Shown here: positions 10,129-18,524 of the stretch, in pieces | Numbering within the stretch: the stretch's first letter is position 1 | How the letters are laid out: each line of letters opens with the position of its first letter | Source: a virus | Lineage: Duplodnaviria > Caudoviricetes | Reading direction: 5' to 3' (one strand) | DNA length: 53,264 bases | Virus record (IMG/VR): IMGVR_UViG_3300032315_000109 | Span: 1 to 53,264 of that record | The notes under the pieces: generated by a model | What the model was told of the DNA's origin: nothing | Databases searched by the model: none | What the model saw: only the letters and a program-made list of their open reading frames with translations | Translations under genes and position numbers: made by a program

Positions 10129-10783
10129 TGAACTCGTCATCTTGATGTGATTTGGTAGTTTTCTTATCTCCAAACCAAGAACTCCACTCTGGGCTTTCTT
10201 TGATCTTGTTTTGAAAATATTGGCTAAGGTTGTTGAAAACATTGAGGTCAGGTTTGATATCTGGATTTTCTTCATCATGTTGCATTCCAAAGAATTGAAT
10301 TTCATTATGCGGTTCAGGCAAGCCAGAGTCCTTCACCATCTTAGGCACAGGCATAATGCCGTCGATGTTGTGATAGGTCTTGCCATTCTTTTGGCTTACG
10401 CTAGATGTGACATTGATCATTCCCCACACACCAAGAATTTTCTTAATGTCAAAACCACCTGCACGTTCAGCATCATTAAACTTTGCGCCTCTCCAGCTTT
10501 CTAAGTGTTTAGCAAGGTGTGAAGCTTCATTTAAAGTTAAGTTGTAATCGCGTGATATAGATAATGGGTCACCTTTTTCTGTAAGCATAGGTTGACCTTT
10601 GTTGTCTTCCCCATGCACTTCAAAACTGAGCATTACTGTGCGTTGAAATTTGATATTACCTTGCACAAGTTTCTTTTGTGTACCCATATCGACTATTCGA
10701 TAGCAGCGTGATAAATGGTTACCTACTGGTACTTGTACAAACTCTCCACCTTCATTTGCTTTTGATTTTGCGATTAATGACAT
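10109..10783 (-). CDS. Phage single-stranded DNA-binding protein
   Basis: Acidic C-terminal tail DDEFNDDIPF (SSB-Ct); beta-rich core; in the same operon as the exonuclease; start MSLIAK after a GGGA RBS. Confidence 0.75.
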   Translation of the reverse strand: MSLIAKSKANEGGEFVQVPVGNHLSRCYRIVDMGTQKKLVQGNIKFQRTVMLSFEVHGEDNKGQPMLTEKGDPLSISRDYNLTLNEASHLAKHLESWRGAKFNDAERAGGFDIKKILGVWGMINVTSSVSQKNGKTYHNIDGIMPVPKMVKDSGLPEPHNEIQFFGMQHDEENPDIKPDLNVFNNLSQYFQNKIKESPEWSSWFGDKKTTKSHQDDEFNDDIPF

Positions 10784-10802
10784 TTTGATTTCCCTTTTCC
10801 AT

Positions 10803-10973
10803 TTACTGAGCTGATAGACCGCATTCAAAACGAATGACTGCCCAATCATCATTCGTAGCGGTAAAATTTTGCGCGCGTTTTATTGCAGCTTCTAATCTTT
10901 CTTGACGCTCTAATTGAGCTTGATGAAAGTCACCATCATTTATTTGTCTGTATATATTCGGAACAGTTTCCAT
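10803..10973 (-). CDS. Hypothetical protein (56 aa), not in the ORF track
   Basis: METVPNIYRQINDGDFHQAQLERQERLEAAIKRAQ...FECGLSAQ; GGGA RBS. Confidence 0.6.
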   Translation of the reverse strand: METVPNIYRQINDGDFHQAQLERQERLEAAIKRAQNFTATNDDWAVIRFECGLSAQ

Positions 10974-10980
10974 TTTTTCC

Positions 10981-11208
10981 CTATTTAATAATTAAAAAAT
11001 AAATTTCAATTGCAATTAGAACAGCCATAAATACCAAATAGTATCCAAGCGATCTATTGAATTTAATTTCTTTTTTTGTTTCCAACAAAGCTTGTTGTAA
11101 AAGTTGTGTATCAAAATTTTGATCTTGTCTCTTATCTGGTGGAACATAATATTTTCCAATCTCTAGCCCAGAGCTAGTTCTATATGGAGTTACTTTTTTC
11201 TCTTCCAT
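10981..11208 (-). CDS. Small protein with C-terminal transmembrane helix
   Basis: AAGGAG RBS; LGYYLVFMAVLIAIEIYFLII hydrophobic segment; first gene of the leftward operon. Confidence 0.75.
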   Translation of the reverse strand: MEEKKVTPYRTSSGLEIGKYYVPPDKRQDQNFDTQLLQQALLETKKEIKFNRSLGYYLVFMAVLIAIEIYFLIIK

Positions 11209-11228
11209 TGGAATCTCCTTTCCAAAAC

Positions 11229-11303
11229 AGAATGTACATGATTTAATTTAAAATTACAATAGCTTGCAAAAAATAATCACATATGATTTAATCGGTCATT
11301 ACA
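11229..11303. promoter_or_regulatory. Divergent sigma70-like promoters with two 17-bp operators
   Basis: Rightward TTGCAA-17-TTTAAT with extended TG; leftward TTGTAA-17-TACATT; operators TTTAAT-N5-ATTACA at 11242-11258 and 11287-11303. Confidence 0.65.
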
Positions 11304-11316
11304 TTTTGGAGTTAAC

Positions 11317-11520
11317 ATGACATTAACGGATTTTTTTACCAAGAAAGAACATGGTGCTAAATCTGAGATGGCTGCTGCTCTTGGTATTTCAAGAACTTGG
11401 TTATCACAGATTATTAACGGCAGTAGATTGCCTTCACCTGCTTTGTCTATAGATATTGAAAAATACACAAAAGGCAAGGTTAGCCGCAAAGTTTTGCGCC
11501 AAGATATTTTTGGTATATGA
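11317..11520 (+). CDS. Cro/YdaS-like HTH repressor
   Basis: KSEMAAALGISRTWLSQIING HTH; IEKYTKGKVSRKVLRQDIF YdaS-like tail; GGAG RBS. Confidence 0.85.
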   Translation: MTLTDFFTKKEHGAKSEMAAALGISRTWLSQIINGSRLPSPALSIDIEKYTKGKVSRKVLRQDIFGI

Positions 11521-11524
11521 TCAA

Positions 11525-11582
11525 TGGGACTAGCTAGAGTAGCTCTTGAAAAGGCGATTCGTTACCGCCCTGCTGTGTCCCA
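11525..11582 (+). ncRNA. c4/CI-like three-way-junction regulatory RNA upstream of the replication gene
   Basis: Stems TGGGAC/GTCCCA, AGAG/CTCT and GGCG/CGCC; loop TTCGTTAC is complementary to GTAACGAA at 11593-11600. Confidence 0.55.
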
Positions 11583-11621
11583 CCCTATTCAAGTAACGAA
11601 GACCGATAACGTGAGGTTGTA

Positions 11622-12284
11622 ATGCATTACTACCAGTTTCATATTGGCGATTACAGAGCCGCCACCGCCCATCTAAGTAATGAAGAAGACTTGGCATATC
11701 GACGCTTGATTGATATGTACTACGATACAGAGACCCTTATCCCACTGGAAACCCACTGGGTTGCGAGACGTATCCGAGTTAGTGAGCAAGTGGTAATTGA
11801 TGTCCTTAATGACATGTTTGAGCGCACAGAAGAGGGGTACTTTCATGCTCGTTGTGCCGACCAAATAGCCTCATACCATGCTTTGGTGCATCGCAATAAA
11901 GTCAATGGTAGCTTGGGTGGTAGACCGAAAAATGGTTTAGCAAAACCCAAAGAAACCCAGTCGGTTACCACTGGAAAGCTAACCAAGAACCAAGAACCAA
12001 TAACTATAGTAGAGGCAAAACAGTCTCGTGGAACTCGACTGCCAACAGATTGGAGACCTTCTGAAGACCAAATTGCTTTCTGTAGAAAGAATCGGGCTGA
12101 TTTATTTCCTGATCAAGTTGCTGATAGCTTTAGGGACTATTGGATAGCCCAAGCAGGGGCAAAGGGTGTCAAGCTTGATTGGGATGCTACATGGCGCAAT
12201 TGGGTGCGAAACCAAAAGAATCAGCCTAATAGCATTGTTGTTGGAAACACTGGTGCTGGTGGTTGGATTAAGGCTAAGCCATGA
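11622..12284 (+). CDS. YdaU/DUF1376-like phage replication initiator
   Basis: N-terminus MHYYQFHIGDY..ATAHLS.EE..AYRRLID.YY; C-terminal RGTRLP.DW.P...FRDYW...DWDATWRNW. Confidence 0.8.
   Translation: MHYYQFHIGDYRAATAHLSNEEDLAYRRLIDMYYDTETLIPLETHWVARRIRVSEQVVIDVLNDMFERTEEGYFHARCADQIASYHALVHRNKVNGSLGGRPKNGLAKPKETQSVTTGKLTKNQEPITIVEAKQSRGTRLPTDWRPSEDQIAFCRKNRADLFPDQVADSFRDYWIAQAGAKGVKLDWDATWRNWVRNQKNQPNSIVVGNTGAGGWIKAKP
11950..12005. repeat. Putative replication-origin repeats inside the initiator gene
   Basis: AACCAAG-AACCAAG-AACCAAT tandem at 11981-12001; AACCCAGTCGGTT (11954-11966) resembles the palindrome AACCCACTGGGTT (11750-11762). Confidence 0.45.
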
Positions 12285-12631
12285 AAGGTCACCAAGAGCT
12301 GATCAGAATGCGTACTGAGGGGGCTAGGATTCGTTCCTTGTGGATTTATCATGGCAAAGACCCAAGCAAGCAGTGGAGTCATTGGGACAAGACTATGCAG
12401 ACTTTGGACTATCCTGACGTAGAGATACAGCAGCATGAAGACCCAAGGATGTTAGACCTGCGCTACGTCATCGGAATGACTGTTCATGTGTTTGGTTGTC
12501 ATGACTACAAAAAATCGGTCAAGCTGCATGAAGCTTTAGTCAATGCAAAAGCCAAGCAGGTAATTACAAATGTTGATGAAATAATAATAGATTCTGTAAC
12601 AGGGGAGTGGGGTGGCTATGTACCTGAATGA
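12281..12631 (+). CDS. Hypothetical protein in the replication module
   Basis: Overlaps both neighbouring genes. Confidence 0.7.
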   Translation: MKGHQELIRMRTEGARIRSLWIYHGKDPSKQWSHWDKTMQTLDYPDVEIQQHEDPRMLDLRYVIGMTVHVFGCHDYKKSVKLHEALVNAKAKQVITNVDEIIIDSVTGEWGGYVPE

Positions 12632-13568
12632 TGAGAACATTGATTTTTCTGCTTACATGGAGCAAACAGATCATCAGCAAAAAATTAAACCTGCGCGCTT
12701 ATGGGTTGAGCAGCTTGAAGAGGATTTAGTTAACCCACCAATAGAGAAATTTGCTGAGATGCCATGGCTGTCCACACAAGGCACATTTCAATTTCGTTCT
12801 GGTGAGGTTACTGTTTGGGCAGGGGCTAATGGTGGTGGTAAGTCATTGATGACTGGTCAGGTTGCACTGAGCTTGGTAAAGCAAAATCAGCGCGTATTGA
12901 TTGCAAGCTTTGAGATGAAACCAAAGACTACAGTTAAACGCATGCTTCGACAATTTGCTGGCTCAGCAATGGAGACTGTGAATTATGGTAAGACTCCTGA
13001 AGAACAGAAGCGTGCTGCTTATGGGAGATTCAAATTATTTGCGGGTGACAACCTTTGGTTTTATGATCAACAGGGAACTGTCAATGCTCAACAAATGGCT
13101 GCTGTATGCCGTTATGCTGCTATCGAGATGAACATACAGCATATTTTTATTGATAGCTTAATGAAGTGCGTATCAGGAGAGGATGATTACAATGCGCAGA
13201 AACAATTTGTCGATACCCTTACAGCAATCGCTAGGGACAATGATATTCACATTCATCTTGTTCACCATATTCGTAAGCTTGCTAATGCTGATAGTCGTCC
13301 CAGTAAGTTTGATTTACGAGGCTCTTCATCAATTACGGATCAAGTTGACAATGTCTTGATCCTACATAGAAACAAAACCAAAGAGCATGACATACAAGCA
13401 GGTAAAGATGTAGACATGACATTACCTGATGCTATGCTTTTATGTGAGAAGCAAAGAAATGGCGACCATGAGGAGTGGTACGCTTTTTGGTACGACACTT
13501 CAAGCCAACAATTTTTAGATAAGCAGGGAGCAATCCCGATGGAGTTTGATGTTACGGGATCATTTTAA
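12612..13568 (+). CDS. DnaB-like (SF4) replicative helicase without a primase domain
   Basis: Walker A GANGGGKS, IASFEM, IFIDSL, HLVHHIRK, DLRGSSSITDQVDN, KQRNG. Confidence 0.9.
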   Translation: MAMYLNDENIDFSAYMEQTDHQQKIKPARLWVEQLEEDLVNPPIEKFAEMPWLSTQGTFQFRSGEVTVWAGANGGGKSLMTGQVALSLVKQNQRVLIASFEMKPKTTVKRMLRQFAGSAMETVNYGKTPEEQKRAAYGRFKLFAGDNLWFYDQQGTVNAQQMAAVCRYAAIEMNIQHIFIDSLMKCVSGEDDYNAQKQFVDTLTAIARDNDIHIHLVHHIRKLANADSRPSKFDLRGSSSITDQVDNVLILHRNKTKEHDIQAGKDVDMTLPDAMLLCEKQRNGDHEEWYAFWYDTSSQQFLDKQGAIPMEFDVTGSF

Positions 13569-13764
13569 AGAGGGTGAAGGAGATGATGAACACAGACACA
13601 GGTGCTTGGTTCGTTACGTCATTCAACTCCGAATCAAAGATAAAAATGCTGCGCATTCATTTCTTATCAAATGGAATGATAACCACCCAGCCAGCATACT
13701 TGAACGTGATGTTAAGTTGCAATGGAAAGCAGGTAACCGTGGAGAGAAGGACAAATGGTTATAG
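13546..13764 (+). CDS. Hypothetical phage protein
   Basis: HRHRCLVR...QWKAGNRG pattern; overlaps both neighbours. Confidence 0.6.
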   Translation: MMLRDHFKEGEGDDEHRHRCLVRYVIQLRIKDKNAAHSFLIKWNDNHPASILERDVKLQWKAGNRGEKDKWL

Positions 13765-14108
13765 ACATTATGTTGCCGTTTCCACCTAGTGTGAATACTT
13801 ATTGGCGCATGTATCAAAACAGAATGATCATTAGTAAAGCAGGTAGAGATTATAGAAAAGCAGTGCAAGATGCAGTAGTGATACAAAAAGCAAATAAACA
13901 TTGGGATGAATCTTTAGGTATATGCATAGAAGCATTTAGACCTGATAACCGCAAAAGGGATTTAGATAACTTATTAAAAGCAACTCTTGATTCATTAGGG
14001 CATGCAGGTGTTTATTTAGATGACTCGCAAATCACAGACCTAAGAATTTATTGGGCTAAAGATAAAGGTGGGATGTTAAAAATAAAAGTTTGGAGGAAAG
14101 ATGAATGA
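13755..14108 (+). CDS. rusA: RusA Holliday junction resolvase
   Basis: LPFPPSVNTYWR and PDNRKRDLDNLLKATLDSL...DDSQI motifs. Confidence 0.92.
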   Translation: MVIDIMLPFPPSVNTYWRMYQNRMIISKAGRDYRKAVQDAVVIQKANKHWDESLGICIEAFRPDNRKRDLDNLLKATLDSLGHAGVYLDDSQITDLRIYWAKDKGGMLKIKVWRKDE

Positions 14109-14271
14109 TGAAATGAGAAAATTTTTTGCTGGGATTGTGTTACCACAGCTCATAGCAAAATCAACAATGCAAGAACTTCTAGACCCAGAGCATAGAAACT
14201 TTATATGTGCTACTGCTTATGAATATGCTGATGTCATGTTAGGGATTACAGATGAAAAACCTAGACAATGA
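14101..14271 (+). CDS. Small phage protein (56 aa, FFAG...AYEYADVML type), not in the ORF track
   Basis: GGAGG RBS; resembles the 21791-21976 product (RDYFAA...CYVIADAMM). Confidence 0.6.
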   Translation: MNDEMRKFFAGIVLPQLIAKSTMQELLDPEHRNFICATAYEYADVMLGITDEKPRQ

Positions 14272-14443
14272 GTTATTAGAAATTTGGCAGAAGGGTGATT
14301 CTATTGGATCAATTGCTAAGCGTTTTAAATTGGATAAGTCGCAAGTTAAGAGGATGATTAATCGTGCAATCGAAAGTAGAAAGTTCAACAGTTCCGAGGT
14401 ATTGCAGCAACTGCCAGCAGACGAAACCAATAGCGAAGGGTGA
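14252..14443 (+). CDS. Small HTH-like protein
   Basis: ELLEIWQKGDSIGSIAKRFKLDKSQVKRMI. Confidence 0.55.
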   Translation: MKNLDNELLEIWQKGDSIGSIAKRFKLDKSQVKRMINRAIESRKFNSSEVLQQLPADETNSEG

Positions 14444-14531
14444 GTATTTAATTTTGGCAGATGGGAAAAGAAGGCGTTGGTTATGTGAATCATGTACAAA
14501 AAGGAGAAAAGAAAAAAATGAACGAAGATAA
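14364..14531 (+). CDS. Small zinc-ribbon protein (55 aa, GTG start), not in the ORF track
   Basis: YCSNCQ...RRRWLCESC gives two CxxC pairs; AGGA RBS. Confidence 0.6.
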   Translation: MQSKVESSTVPRYCSNCQQTKPIAKGEYLILADGKRRRWLCESCTKRRKEKNERR

Positions 14532-14634
14532 TGAATTAGATTTAATGGTAAAAGTTATAGCTACATTTTTATTTATTACTTGGATATTTGCTGCTATTGG
14601 TATTGCTGCATTGCTGTCTTTCTTTTGGGGTTGA
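14518..14634 (+). CDS. Small membrane peptide (38 aa), not in the ORF track
   Basis: MNEDNELDLMVKVIATFLFITWIFAAIGIAALLSFFWG; AGGAG upstream. Confidence 0.55.
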   Translation: MNEDNELDLMVKVIATFLFITWIFAAIGIAALLSFFWG

Positions 14635-14636
14635 TC

Positions 14637-14972
14637 ATGGAAGAGAGAGAGATTGATCCTCATAAAGCTGTTGACTTTCTTGTCGTTAATGGAAAGAAAG
14701 CAGGTCAAGCAAAAGCAAATAGATGGTACATGGAAGAGTATCGCAAATCACTTAAAGCTATTCTAATGAAACGCTCACATGAAAACTCAGTGAATGCGCA
14801 AGAGAGAGAAGCATATAGTCATCCAGAATTTATTGCACACCTCAAAGCTGTTGAAGAAGCAATTGAACTTGAAGAAGAGTTGCGTTGGCAAATGATTGCA
14901 GCTCAAGCACGGATAGAAGTTTGGCGTTCACAAGAAGCAACTAATAGAGTTGAAGGGAAAATGACCCTGTGA
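14637..14972 (+). CDS. Helical phage protein of unknown function
   Basis: Start placed at MEEREIDP; coiled-coil-like; 4-nt overlap with the MTase gene. Confidence 0.7.
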   Translation: MEEREIDPHKAVDFLVVNGKKAGQAKANRWYMEEYRKSLKAILMKRSHENSVNAQEREAYSHPEFIAHLKAVEEAIELEEELRWQMIAAQARIEVWRSQEATNRVEGKMTL

Positions 14973-16132
14973 AATATTTATCTGTTTGTAGTGGGATTGA
15001 GGCTGCAACTGTTGCATGGCATCCGCTCGGTTGGGAGGCTGCTGCATTCTCTGAAATTGAATCTTTCCCATCGGCTGTACTTGCACATCATTATCCAAAT
15101 GTACCCAACTTAGGGGACATGACTAAATTCAAGGAGTGGAACTTTGGAACAAATATCGATGTTTTCGTCGGAGGAACACCATGCCAGTCTTTCTCAGTCG
15201 CAGGTCTCAGAAAAGGATTGGATGACCCACGTGGCAACCTCATGCTTACCTATCTTGCCATTGCTGACAAATTTCGCCCCAAGTGGTTGGTTTGGGAAAA
15301 CGTCCCCGGAGTCCTGTCGTCTGACAACGGAAAAGATTTTGCAACCTTCCTCGGAGGGTTGGGGGAACTCGGGTATGGGTTCGCATACAGAGTTCTTGAC
15401 GCTCAATACTTCGGAGTGGCCCAAAGACGGCGTCGCGTGTTCGTTGTTGGATACCTTGGAGACTGGAGACCTGCCGCGGCGGTACTTTTTGAGCGCGACA
15501 GCTTGCAGAGGAATCCTCCGCCGAGCAGAAAAAAGAGAGAAAGAACTTCCGCCTTCTTTGAAAGCAGCCTTGCTCAATACCGCGCAGCAGACGTCGGAGG
15601 AACTCTCAAAGCAAGCGGAGGAGTTCTCGGAGGAGGAAGCGAAACTTTTCTTGCTCAACGAGTTGGATCAGGAGATCAAGGAGGAATGACCTCTGCATAC
15701 TCTATTCGTGAGGATGCTCAAGCCAACACATTCAGTGCAACAGAGTTAGAAGTAGCAACTGCATTGAAAGCGTTGCAGCCTAGTGTGCAGTCCCATCATG
15801 CACAAACTTTTGTAGCTCTTTCTCCACCAACTATAGTTCATGGCACTCAAGACCCATGCGTTTCAGATATTGCATTTGCTCAAGGCACAAATAATGGTGG
15901 GGAGAATGTCTTAATTCAATCTATGGCTGTCCGTAGACTCACGCCAATTGAATGTGAAAGGCTGCAAGGCTTTCCTGATGGCTACACAAACATCCCATGG
16001 AATAAGAAGCCTGAGTCACCTGACGGCCCAAGATACAAAGCATTGGGCAACTCTATGGCTGTGCCTGTGATGGCATGGATTGGCAAACGAATTAATCAAT
16101 ATGAACAACAAATTAACAGCAGCTCATCGTAA
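14969..16132 (+). CDS. DNA (cytosine-5) methyltransferase
   Basis: Motif I SVCSGIEA, IV GGTPCQSFS, VI WENVPG, VIII QRRRRVF, IX RLTPIECERLQGFP, X KALGNS. Confidence 0.95.
   Translation: MKYLSVCSGIEAATVAWHPLGWEAAAFSEIESFPSAVLAHHYPNVPNLGDMTKFKEWNFGTNIDVFVGGTPCQSFSVAGLRKGLDDPRGNLMLTYLAIADKFRPKWLVWENVPGVLSSDNGKDFATFLGGLGELGYGFAYRVLDAQYFGVAQRRRRVFVVGYLGDWRPAAAVLFERDSLQRNPPPSRKKRERTSAFFESSLAQYRAADVGGTLKASGGVLGGGSETFLAQRVGSGDQGGMTSAYSIREDAQANTFSATELEVATALKALQPSVQSHHAQTFVALSPPTIVHGTQDPCVSDIAFAQGTNNGGENVLIQSMAVRRLTPIECERLQGFPDGYTNIPWNKKPESPDGPRYKALGNSMAVPVMAWIGKRINQYEQQINSSSS
15144..15689 (+). CDS. Nested alternative-frame ORF, M.EcoHK31I beta-subunit-like
   Basis: 181 aa in the +1 frame inside the MTase gene; AAGGAG at 15131-15136 before TTG; SLLDTLETGDLPRRYFLSATACRGILRRAEKR motif. 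Confidence 0.65.
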   Translation: MEQISMFSSEEHHASLSQSQVSEKDWMTHVATSCLPILPLLTNFAPSGWFGKTSPESCRLTTEKILQPSSEGWGNSGMGSHTEFLTLNTSEWPKDGVACSLLDTLETGDLPRRYFLSATACRGILRRAEKREKELPPSLKAALLNTAQQTSEELSKQAEEFSEEEAKLFLLNELDQEIKEE

Positions 16133-16394
16133 ACATTTGGCAAGGGTAAAGTCCTTACCCTGCTCGGTATGCGATTCGCCCCCACCAAGCAGCGCACACC
16201 ATGTTAAACAGCATCAGCAATACACAGCAGTGGCTTTATGTTATGACTGCCACCAAGGGTCTCTAATGGGCTGGCATGGGCAACGTAGAGCATGGGCTAT
16301 CCGTAAGATGGATGAATTGGATGCTTTGAATGTAACCATTGAGCGATTGTCAACTAATGGTTTACAGCTAGAGGATGAAAATATTATTTTTTAA
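16101..16394 (+). CDS. HNH-like nuclease (Ref/DUF968-type zinc-binding)
   Basis: HLARVKSLPCSVC...AHH...ALCYDCHQG. Confidence 0.7.
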   Translation: MNNKLTAAHRKHLARVKSLPCSVCDSPPPSSAHHVKQHQQYTAVALCYDCHQGSLMGWHGQRRAWAIRKMDELDALNVTIERLSTNGLQLEDENIIF

Positions 16395-16465
16395 TTATTC
16401 GATTTAACACAATTGCAATAATTGTATGATAGCTTATCAATAATTTTTCTACCTCTGAGGTAAAA

Positions 16466-17428
16466 ATGCCCTACAAAATTAGTGATAATGAGTTCATGGA
16501 GCTATGGTCAAAATTTGGTAGTGCGCAAGAGATTGCTGACACATCTGGATTAAATGTAAGAAGCGTTCATCTCAAACGTAGAGCAATAGAAAAAAAACAT
16601 GGGATAGTGCTTGCAGGTGTTAGCCCTAAAAGCCCAGACTTTCAAGTAACTTACCCTGACAATGGCGTAAGGACAAATGTAAAAATTAAAAATGGTGTGA
16701 TTATGGTGGCATCAGATTGTCACTATTGGCCCGGAGTCATATCAACAGCGCATAAAGCTTTTGTTATGCTCATAAAAAAATTATCCCCAAAAATCGTGTG
16801 CCTCAATGGGGATGTGTTTGATGGGGCTTCTATCAGTAGATTCCCTGCATCAGACTGGCAAGCACTGCCATCAGTTAAACAAGAACTAGAAGCATGCCAA
16901 GAGCGTGTCAATGAGATTGAAGAAGTTGCTGGTAATGCTAAGCTGATGTGGGCATGGGGAAATCACGACCTCCGTTTTAATGCCAAATTGGCAACACAAG
17001 TAGGCGATGGATTCAAAGGGCTAGAGGGTTTCAACCTTAAAGACTATTTCCCTCGTTGGAAGTTTCAAACAAGCATTATGGTCAATGACCATACAATGAT
17101 TAAGCATAGATGGCACAATGGAATTCACGCCGTATATAACAATGTTTTGAAGGCGGGGACTTCCGTTACGACTGGGCATCTTCACAGTCTCAAGGTGACT
17201 CCCTTCTCGGATTACCGAGGCGCACGGTATGGGACTGACACAGGGACACTTGCCCCTGTCTATGGGGATGGCTTCAGTTATCTAGAAGATGCAGCTCGCA
17301 ACTGGCGTTCAGGTTTTGCAGTAATGACGTTCCATGATGGTAAGTTGATGCCCCCAGAACTAGCTGAAGTTATTGATGAAGATAAGGGGCTTGTTTTTTT
17401 CAGAGGTGAAGTTTTTAAAGTGGGGTGA
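16466..17428 (+). CDS. Calcineurin-like metallophosphoesterase with N-terminal HTH
   Basis: SDCH, NGDVFD, GNHD, KH and GHLH motifs. Confidence 0.88.
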   Translation: MPYKISDNEFMELWSKFGSAQEIADTSGLNVRSVHLKRRAIEKKHGIVLAGVSPKSPDFQVTYPDNGVRTNVKIKNGVIMVASDCHYWPGVISTAHKAFVMLIKKLSPKIVCLNGDVFDGASISRFPASDWQALPSVKQELEACQERVNEIEEVAGNAKLMWAWGNHDLRFNAKLATQVGDGFKGLEGFNLKDYFPRWKFQTSIMVNDHTMIKHRWHNGIHAVYNNVLKAGTSVTTGHLHSLKVTPFSDYRGARYGTDTGTLAPVYGDGFSYLEDAARNWRSGFAVMTFHDGKLMPPELAEVIDEDKGLVFFRGEVFKVG

Positions 17429-17431
17429 TTT

Positions 17432-17635
17432 ATGAATGATTTTATATTAAAGCAAATTGCTTCTTCAGAGCGTCTCTATAAGATGATGTTTGAAGACCAT
17501 ATGAGCCGAGTCAACAATGTGACCTGTGCATATGAGTTAAGTGAAAGCCTACAAAAAAAGCTAAATGAACGTGATGCAGAGATAGAAAAACTGCGCAAAA
17601 AGATACAGGTTTATGAGTCTATAGAGCGCATGTGA
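17432..17635 (+). CDS. Small coiled-coil protein
   Basis: 67 aa ORF with heptad pattern; GGGGTG RBS. Confidence 0.65.
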   Translation: MNDFILKQIASSERLYKMMFEDHMSRVNNVTCAYELSESLQKKLNERDAEIEKLRKKIQVYESIERM

Positions 17636-17717
17636 CCTATTTTTGATTTGTAATAATCGTTTGGTAGGATAGTTCTGCAACCAATGCGGGGTTGCTAATT
17701 TGACTATGGAGATTATT

Positions 17718-17939
17718 ATGGAAATACGATTTTCTATTACTGGTGAGTTGTCTGAGCTATTTGAGTTGCTAAATATAGAAGTTATTGACTTAGATGACGA
17801 AGTAGAGGTTGATGAAGACGAAGACGGCATTGAGTATGATACTGATGGCGTAGCTTGGTGGTATGACGAAGAGACTGAAGTTTATTACTACTTCGATGAA
17901 GATGCTGATGACTGGCTTGAGTACGACGAATCAGTGTAA
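17718..17939 (+). CDS. Extremely acidic small protein (possible DNA mimic)
   Basis: 30 D/E and one basic residue in 73 aa; GGAG RBS; own terminator. Confidence 0.75.
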   Translation: MEIRFSITGELSELFELLNIEVIDLDDEVEVDEDEDGIEYDTDGVAWWYDEETEVYYYFDEDADDWLEYDESV

Positions 17940-17958
17940 TTGTAATTGTGTTAACTTT

Positions 17959-17996
17959 AAAAGCTAGTATGTACTTAGGTATGTACTAGCTTTTTT
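17959..17996. terminator. Bidirectional intrinsic terminator
   Basis: AAAAGCTAGTATGTAC-ttag-GTATGTACTAGCTTTT. Confidence 0.8.
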
Positions 17997-18033
17997 ATTT
18001 TTAATTTATTTTAAAAAAAAATTTAAAAAACGC

Positions 18034-18063
18034 TTGTTTTAAAATTTAACTTCAGGTTATAAT
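18034..18063 (+). promoter_or_regulatory. Sigma70-like promoter with overlapping operator
   Basis: TTGTTT-18-TATAAT with an A/T-rich upstream tract; operator TTTAAC-TTCAG-GTTATA at 18045-18061. Confidence 0.7.
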
Positions 18064-18106
18064 TTCTCTACGGTCAAATTGATCGGACAGTGAATAGGGG
18101 AATGAA

Positions 18107-18439
18107 ATGAAAAAACAAACTTACAAAGCTTACGCAGTATCTGATTTATATCAAGCAGGTATAACTTGTGATGGTCAGCCATTTATTGCTGAAACATTTT
18201 ATGTTGTGATTGAAAATACAGACGGTAATCGTTTTCGTCATGAGTGTAATTTTAATGGCACAAATCCTGAGTACAGCCAAGAAGACGATAATGTTTATTT
18301 TCCTGATTTACGCAAAGATGCAGAAGCAAAAGCAGGGCGTTTAGCTAATAAAGTTAATGCTGCATTTGCATCAGGTAAAGGTATTGATTGGTTATATTGG
18401 TTTGAAGTTGAGCCAGTTTATGGGTCTGCTGCTTATTAA
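18107..18439 (+). CDS. Hypothetical protein
   Basis: 110 aa; RBS within the GTGAATAGGGG leader. Confidence 0.75.
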   Translation: MKKQTYKAYAVSDLYQAGITCDGQPFIAETFYVVIENTDGNRFRHECNFNGTNPEYSQEDDNVYFPDLRKDAEAKAGRLANKVNAAFASGKGIDWLYWFEVEPVYGSAAY

Positions 18440-18446
18440 TAAAACA

Positions 18447-18485
18447 GGGGGTTGACAGCCCCCAATATTTTAACTTAGAATTAAA
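18447..18485 (+). promoter_or_regulatory. Promoter whose -35 box lies in a terminator-like hairpin, plus operator
   Basis: GGGGG-TTGACAG-CCCCC hairpin; TTGACA-18-TAGAAT; operator TTTAAC-TTAGA-ATTAAA at 18469-18485. Confidence 0.7.
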
Positions 18486-18524
18486 TTACTGCAACAAGCA
18501 GGATAGTGAATAGGAGAAAGAAAA

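Noticed and set aside
15194-15658. Antisense 154-aa ORF in the MTase gene
   Set aside because: Mirror frame of the nested plus-strand ORF; no independent evidence
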